From: Vulcanimicrobiota bacterium
GTDB lineage: Bacteria > Vulcanimicrobiota > Vulcanimicrobiia > Vulcanimicrobiales > Vulcanimicrobiaceae
DNA: 64,000 nucleotides
Reading direction: 5' to 3'
Assembly: GCA_963723515.1 (NCBI GenBank)
Contig: CAVRQT010000003.1
Coordinates: forward strand, 512,001-576,000
In this document: positions 58,725 to 64,000 of the stretch, in pieces
Layout: each line of letters begins with the position of its first letter
Position numbering within the stretch: position 1 is the first letter of the stretch
The notes under the pieces: generated by a model
What the model saw: only the letters and a program-made list of their open reading frames with translations
Told to the model about the DNA's origin: nothing
Database searches by the model: none
Made by a program: the position numbers and the translations under genes

Positions 58725-59062
58725 AAAAGAGGCGGTAGCGGAGCCGCGATGTGCCGCCGACGGAACCACCACGGCAAGAAGATGCGGTGCGCGGGCGGGG
58801 TGTCGAGCTGCTGTTGCTCGCTCGAGCGTGCGTTTGACGATTGGTGCGGCGGCGTGCGGTCGTCCGGATCGACCGCGCTACCGTGCGTTGCGGGTAGCGA
58901 GGGAACATGTACCGTTGATGCATGCGGCAGCATAGGGTGCATCGGCATCGTATGCATCGAAGGCGCCGGATGCATCGTGCCTGCGGCCGTCGCCGCTACA
59001 GGCGTCGTTGCGAAGAGCGCTCCGGCGGCGCAGAACAGACTCACGATCGATCGGACGTTCAC
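58721..59062 (-). CDS. Small secreted Met/His/Pro-rich protein
   Basis: Signal peptide followed by MHPAPSMHTMPMHPMLPH. Confidence 0.5.
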   Translation of the reverse strand: MNVRSIVSLFCAAGALFATTPVAATAAGTMHPAPSMHTMPMHPMLPHASTVHVPSLPATHGSAVDPDDRTPPHQSSNARSSEQQQLDTPPAHRIFLPWWFRRRHIAAPLPPLF

Positions 59063-59126
59063 GCATCGCTCGTTTCGTGCGTCTCGCTGGGTCCTTCCTC
59101 CGCGAATCGCTAAAGGCTCTTAAGGA

Positions 59127-60059
59127 ATGTCACGAGTCGTCGCTCATTTGATCGTGGGAGCAAAGCAAGAACCATTCTTGCCCGCGATGCTCGCCAGCAT
59201 CGAACCGGCGGTCGAGCATCTCTTCGTCAATGAGAACTCGGGTTTACAGGGAGGCGCTCCGGCACTCGGTGCGTTACAGGCAAGCGTCTTGTTTCGCTCC
59301 GGTCGCATGACAATCGCGCAAACCGGTTTTTCGGGTTTCGCGGCGGCGCGCAACACATGTTTGGCATTGGACCGAGACGCGGGCGATGACACATGGATCG
59401 TATTTATTGACGCCGATGAAGTGCATGGGCACGAATTCCCGCGACTGGCTGCAAATCTCGCGCGCCTTCCGCGCCGCATCGCCTATGTCGACGGCTTTAC
59501 ACGGCATTTCTTTAAGTCATACGCGTGGTATCTGTCCATCGAGCGGCGCCTGATGTTCTTTCGTTGGACGCCGGCGGCCCATTGGGAGGGCAACGTGCAC
59601 GAGCGTTTATGCGGCGTCAAAGGCGCGCGCTTGGCGTTACCATACGTCTACGCGCACTACGGCCACGTGTCGCCCTTCGCTGAAGATACGCGTCAAGGAA
59701 CGCAATACGCAGGTTTGGGCCAGACCGGCAACGCGTTACCTGCCGATATCGCGCGGGAGGCCGACGCCTTTGGCGATTTTACGCGCCTAAACCCCCACTT
59801 CGCCGATCGCTGGCGACGCTTGATTCGCTTTCGCGGCAGTCATCCGGCGTGCGCGCGGCCGATCATCGTCTACGAGACGCTGCGGCTGAAAAAACATTTT
59901 CAACGTGTCGAGGAGGCGATCGCGGCGCATCAGCCTCCGGCCCAACGCCTCAAGAATTTCTTCCTTAAACTGAACTACGAGCAGCGCTGGCGCATGCGCT
60001 GGTTCGGCGCGATGCGCTATGACATGTTGCGTTCAGCGGCTTCCTCAAAAACCGCCTGA
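59127..60059 (+). CDS. Glycosyltransferase family 2-like protein
   Basis: FAAARN, WIVFIDADE, W.G.VHE, HYG. Confidence 0.75.
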   Translation: MSRVVAHLIVGAKQEPFLPAMLASIEPAVEHLFVNENSGLQGGAPALGALQASVLFRSGRMTIAQTGFSGFAAARNTCLALDRDAGDDTWIVFIDADEVHGHEFPRLAANLARLPRRIAYVDGFTRHFFKSYAWYLSIERRLMFFRWTPAAHWEGNVHERLCGVKGARLALPYVYAHYGHVSPFAEDTRQGTQYAGLGQTGNALPADIAREADAFGDFTRLNPHFADRWRRLIRFRGSHPACARPIIVYETLRLKKHFQRVEEAIAAHQPPAQRLKNFFLKLNYEQRWRMRWFGAMRYDMLRSAASSKTA

Positions 60060-61072
60060 GTCTGCTGGGCGCAGACTTTCCAGCGAAAGCGTCGTACGTT
60101 TACGTATCCCAACTCGCGCAACGCAGCACGCAGCGGCGCCTCGCGGGCAATTCTCTCGAGCGCTTGCGCCCAGCAATGTTCGTCATGCGGATCTTCCAAC
60201 AGCGCCGCTTCGCCGGCGATTTCCGGCAGCGAGCTCGCGCGTGCCGCAACGACAGGCGTCCCGCAAGCCATCGACTCGATCACCGGCATGCCGAACCCTT
60301 CGTAGAGCGACGGCACAACAGTTGCTAAAGCGTTCCGGTAAAGTGCGCCTAGCCGCGTGTTCTCTTTTCCTTCTAAGTCTTCGGTGTCGCTCTTGAGATG
60401 AACGACGCGAGGCAACTCCGGATCGCGTTGCGATAAAACGGCCAAGCACGGGCCGCTATCGCCCGGCCAAGCGCGGCGAAACGCGCGGTACAACAGTGCG
60501 AAGTTCTTGCGCGGCTCGGCGGGATCGCCGACAAAGAGAAAGTACTCGCGACCTGCCAATTCGCTCGGCGATGCTGCACCGTCAGATTGTAAAGAATCAT
60601 CCACCCCAAGATAGGTGACCGTAATTGAATCAGCGGGTACCTCGAGCGTCGCCACGAGATCGCTTTTCGACGCATGCGAGAACGTGAGAATTCGGTTCGC
60701 CGGTGCAACGGCAGCGATGAACGGCGCCTGCTCGTGTATTCGGCGGAGCGGGTCTTCCGCGGCGAATTTGAACGGGGCAAGATCGGCTATCGTGCAGACG
60801 TTCGCTCCGGCACCGCTCAAGAAGATACCGTTCCACGGATGCCACAGAACGTCGCAATCGTTTGGAACCCGCGAGGTAAGAGAAAAGCGCCCACTGCCCA
60901 GCATCTTTGCAAACGCGCGCTTGCGAAAATGCGCGAACGGCCGATCGATCACAAGCGTAATCGATACATCGTCCTGGATGACAAAGCAGCGCAAGAGCGC
61001 GCGCGCATAGCGTCCGAGACCGCGATGGTCCTCGGCAAGATTGCGCGCGTCGACGGCAAGCTTAAGCGGCGT
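60017..61072 (-). CDS. Glycosyltransferase family 4
   Basis: LAVDAR..GLGRY, FLFVG..EPRKN, PSLYEGFGMP.IE.MACG.PV; no canonical start codon upstream of the conserved N-terminus. Confidence 0.85.
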   Translation of the reverse strand, partial: TPLKLAVDARNLAEDHRGLGRYARALLRCFVIQDDVSITLVIDRPFAHFRKRAFAKMLGSGRFSLTSRVPNDCDVLWHPWNGIFLSGAGANVCTIADLAPFKFAAEDPLRRIHEQAPFIAAVAPANRILTFSHASKSDLVATLEVPADSITVTYLGVDDSLQSDGAASPSELAGREYFLFVGDPAEPRKNFALLYRAFRRAWPGDSGPCLAVLSQRDPELPRVVHLKSDTEDLEGKENTRLGALYRNALATVVPSLYEGFGMPVIESMACGTPVVAARASSLPEIAGEAALLEDPHDEHCWAQALERIAREAPLRAALRELGYVNVRRFRWKVCAQQTQAVFEEAAERNMS

Positions 61073-62094
61073 GCAGCTCTCGCTCGAGAAGGCGTGTAAA
61101 TGCGGCGATGTCGTCTTCCGTTGTATCGAAGCTGGTCATCCAACGCACTTCCGGCAACATCTCGTCGAAGACATAGAAGTAGCGATGCGCGTTGAACGCG
61201 TTCGATCGCCTCGCGGGACATCGTCGCAAAGACCGCATTGCTCTGAACCGGCCGCGTGATTCGAATCGTGGGAATCGAGGCCAGTTTCTGCGCAAGCAAT
61301 TTCGCCATCGCATTCGCGTGGGCGGCATTGCGATGCCAGAGATCATCGCTCAACAGCGCCTCAAATTGGGCGGCGACGTATCGCATCTTCGAGACTAATT
61401 GCGTGGCTTGCTTGCGAACGTAACGCGCGCTCCCGTGATGCAAGTGCGGATTGAAAAAGAGCGTCGCTTCAGCGCACATGAGCCCATTCTTCGTCCCACC
61501 GAAACTGAGAATGTCGATGCCGGCATCGACTGAGGCTGCCGGAAGCGAACACCCAAGCGCCACGACCGCATTCGCAAGGCGGGCGCCATCCATATGAACG
61601 ATCAGATCGTGCTTTTTCGCAAAGTCCGTGAGCGTTCGTATTTCTTCAAGGGTGTAAACGGTGCCGAACTCAGTTGCTTGTGAGATGGAGATTGCCCGCG
61701 GCCGCACGTGATGCTCTTCGCTCGGGCGCTGCAAGAGAGGAGCGATCCCCTCGGGCGTAAGCTTCCCGTCACGCGCGGAAACGGCCAAAATCTTAGAGCC
61801 CGAAAAGCGCTCGAGCGCGCCGCACTCGTCGGTGTTCAGATGCGCCGAATCAGCGCAGATGACCGCTTCGAAGGGTCGCAACACCGATGCGAGCGCGATC
61901 ACGTTTGCGCCCGTGCCCGTGCATGCGAGATAAACCTCCGTTGCTTTTCCGAAGATGTTGCGAAACGCTTCGATTGCGCGCTTCGTCCATGGATCTTCAC
62001 CGTAGGCAACCGCGTGATCTCGATTGGCGTCGGCAATCGCTTGCAGGATCTTAGGATGAATCGGCGCCGCGTTGTCGCTGACGAAACCGCGCAT
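61062..62094 (-). CDS. ltaE: Low-specificity L-threonine aldolase, frameshifted near 61190 (probable sequence error)
   Basis: F.SDN, YG.D, GTGAN, DECGA, HMDGARLANA, SFGGTKNG; second frame VRWMTSFDT.E.DI. Confidence 0.88.
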
Positions 62095-62100
62095 CGTTGT

Positions 62101-63582
62101 TTACGCCGGAACGGGTGCGGCAGCGGCGCGCGAAGGCCGCATGAAGAAAACGAACGGAGCGCAGATAAAGAAGACGATCGCTGAGATACGGAAGAGATAG
62201 TCGTACGAGATCACCGTCGCGTTCAGTGTCACCATCTGCGTCAGTGCACCGACCGACGCGCCGTGGCTCTGAGTAACTCCAGCCGACAAACTTTCGTAGG
62301 CGACCGCGATCTCGCGGGCAAGCAGCGTCGTCAAAATTGCGATGCCGAGGCTGCCTCCCAACTGACGCAATAGGGTGCTTAAACCGCTCGCGTTAGCGAG
62401 TTCCGATCTCGGGACGGCGCCCAACGTCACGGTTGAAAGCGGAACGAACAGAAATCCTAGCGCGAATCCTTGTAACGCACGAGGCCAGAAGATGTCCCAA
62501 TAGCCCGCGAATTGATTGAGGTACCCGAGCCACCACGCAGAGATCCCGAATGCCACCATTCCGGCGCCGACCAAGAGTCTCGGATCGAAGAAGTTCAAAA
62601 TTCGGCCGACGATCAGCATGCTGATCGCAGACGCGATTGCTCCCGGGAGCAATGCCAAACCTGTATCCCACGCGGTAAAGCCGAGCGCATTCTGAAAGAA
62701 CAGCGGCATGATCAAGTTGATCCCAAAGAGTCCAAACCCCATCACGATGCCGAGCACGTTCCCTATCCAAAAGGTTCGCACGCGAAAGACGTAGAGATCG
62801 ACCAGCGGCTTCGCCTCCCGAAGTTGGCGCCAGATAAATACGACGAGCGACACGACCGACGTGATCGTTAAGATCCAAATGTTTGCGGAGTTGAACCAAT
62901 CGTCGTGCTGTCCGCGCTCCAAGACGTATTGCAATGAGGCAAGTCCCGCCGTGAGCAATCCCAACCCGACCCAATCGACGCTGCTGCGCACACGTTCGAT
63001 GTACGAGGGATTCGGAACGAACATCAGGGTCATCACAAACGCGGCGACGCCGATCGGAATGTTGATGAAGAAGATCAGCGGCCAGGTCGCGTTGTCGATG
63101 AGGTAACCGCCGAGCGTCGGGCCGATCGCCGGCCCCACCATTGCGCCGAGACCGAAGATCGCCATCGCGGCGCCGCGCCGCTCGGGTGGATAACTCTCGA
63201 AGAGAATCGCCTGCGCCGTCGGCTGCAGAGCACCGCCCCCGATGCCTTGCAGGATGCGATAGAAGACGAGTACCCAGACGCTGCGTGCCGTTCCGCAGAG
63301 CAGCGAGGCGATCGTGAAGATCGCAAGCGATGTTGCGTAAAATCGCTTCCGGCCTAAGAACGCCGTGAGCCAGCCGTTGAGCGGCATGATCACGACCGTC
63401 GCGAGAATGTAGCCGGTCGCAACCCACGAGACCTCATCGATCGAAGCGCCGAGATTGCCGCCGATCGTGTTGAGCGCCACGTTGACGATCGTCGAATCGA
63501 CAATGGCCATGATCAGTCCGAGCATCACCGTAATCGTGATCAGTCCGACCGGTGGATTCGCGTGTTGTCGAAAGACGCTCAC
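62101..63582 (-). CDS. DHA2 family (EmrB/QacA) MFS efflux transporter
   Basis: D.TIVNVAL, WV.TGY, R..QG.GGG, GP..GP.LGG, W..IFFIN.PIG. Confidence 0.93.
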   Translation of the reverse strand: MSVFRQHANPPVGLITITVMLGLIMAIVDSTIVNVALNTIGGNLGASIDEVSWVATGYILATVVIMPLNGWLTAFLGRKRFYATSLAIFTIASLLCGTARSVWVLVFYRILQGIGGGALQPTAQAILFESYPPERRGAAMAIFGLGAMVGPAIGPTLGGYLIDNATWPLIFFINIPIGVAAFVMTLMFVPNPSYIERVRSSVDWVGLGLLTAGLASLQYVLERGQHDDWFNSANIWILTITSVVSLVVFIWRQLREAKPLVDLYVFRVRTFWIGNVLGIVMGFGLFGINLIMPLFFQNALGFTAWDTGLALLPGAIASAISMLIVGRILNFFDPRLLVGAGMVAFGISAWWLGYLNQFAGYWDIFWPRALQGFALGFLFVPLSTVTLGAVPRSELANASGLSTLLRQLGGSLGIAILTTLLAREIAVAYESLSAGVTQSHGASVGALTQMVTLNATVISYDYLFRISAIVFFICAPFVFFMRPSRAAAAPVPA

Positions 63583-63682
63583 TTACGGTTTGCCCCGAAC
63601 ATCGGACGACGGATTTCGCAACGCAGCGGCGGCCTTCCGCTTGAGGGGAAGAGGGCGCGCGCGTCGTCAATTGAGCGATGTA

Positions 63683-64000
63683 ATGGACGAAAGGACCGCC
63701 GCGGTGACGGTGTACCGGCGACTCTTTGAGTTCGTCGGGCGCGAGCGATGGAAGCTGTTCGGCGGGCTGCTTTTAGGTGCTCTATCGTCGCTTGCGACGG
63801 TCAGCTACGCGAAAGCCGCACAGTACGCAATCATTGCGATCGAGAACCGCAGCGTCCAACTGCTCGGCCTGCACCGCGTGCAGGTCCTCGGCTTTGCGAT
63901 CCTCGGCATTTTCGTGTTGAGCATCATCAAGAATGCGGCCCAATACAGCGGCGGTTACTTGATGACGTCGGTCGGCCAGCAGGTGCTCGCGAAGTTACGC
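63683..64000 (+). CDS. ABC exporter (MsbA-like) transmembrane domain, 3' truncated by window edge
   Basis: MDERTAAVTVYRRLFEF..TM helices..YLMTSVGQQVLAKLR; frame open to the window end. Confidence 0.75.
   Translation, partial: MDERTAAVTVYRRLFEFVGRERWKLFGGLLLGALSSLATVSYAKAAQYAIIAIENRSVQLLGLHRVQVLGFAILGIFVLSIIKNAAQYSGGYLMTSVGQQVLAKLR

Overview
A GC-rich bacterial chromosomal window of mostly housekeeping genes: rplA/rplJ/rplL, hppA, ftsY-recA-recX, purA, lysA, rlmD-gatCAB-mutS2-tyrS, hslO, aroQ, HU, tRNA-Pro, msrB and rnhA. An outer-membrane TonB-type receptor together with Gram-positive-type LexA boxes suggests a diderm Terrabacteria lineage such as Eremiobacterota; this is inference only. At least seven genes carry single-base frameshifts, several in homopolymer or GC-dinucleotide runs, which are most likely long-read consensus errors. 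Features worth a second look: (1) a LexA-boxed imuA-imuB-dnaE2 mutasome cassette interrupted by a translationally coupled T5orf172-type GIY-YIG gene and an antisense VOC gene; (2) a second LexA box in front of ftsY rather than recA; (3) a 1.3 kb integrase-free islet bounded by a 56 bp perfect direct repeat of the 3' end of a response-regulator gene; (4) a PD-(D/E)XK nuclease-like gene overlapping an HPRT homologue with altered catalytic motifs; (5) a hairpin-rich insertion that duplicates the purA start and creates a 23-codon leader ORF; (6) two half-CHAD genes embedded between hydantoinase/oxoprolinase A and B subunit genes; (7) a REP/REPIN-like repeat family, one copy of which lies inside the L10 leader; (8) a BlaI/BlaR1-like pair whose sensor ends in heptad and pentapeptide repeats. 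No CRISPR array, rRNA, integrase or transposase was seen. All product calls come from motif recognition, not database searches.
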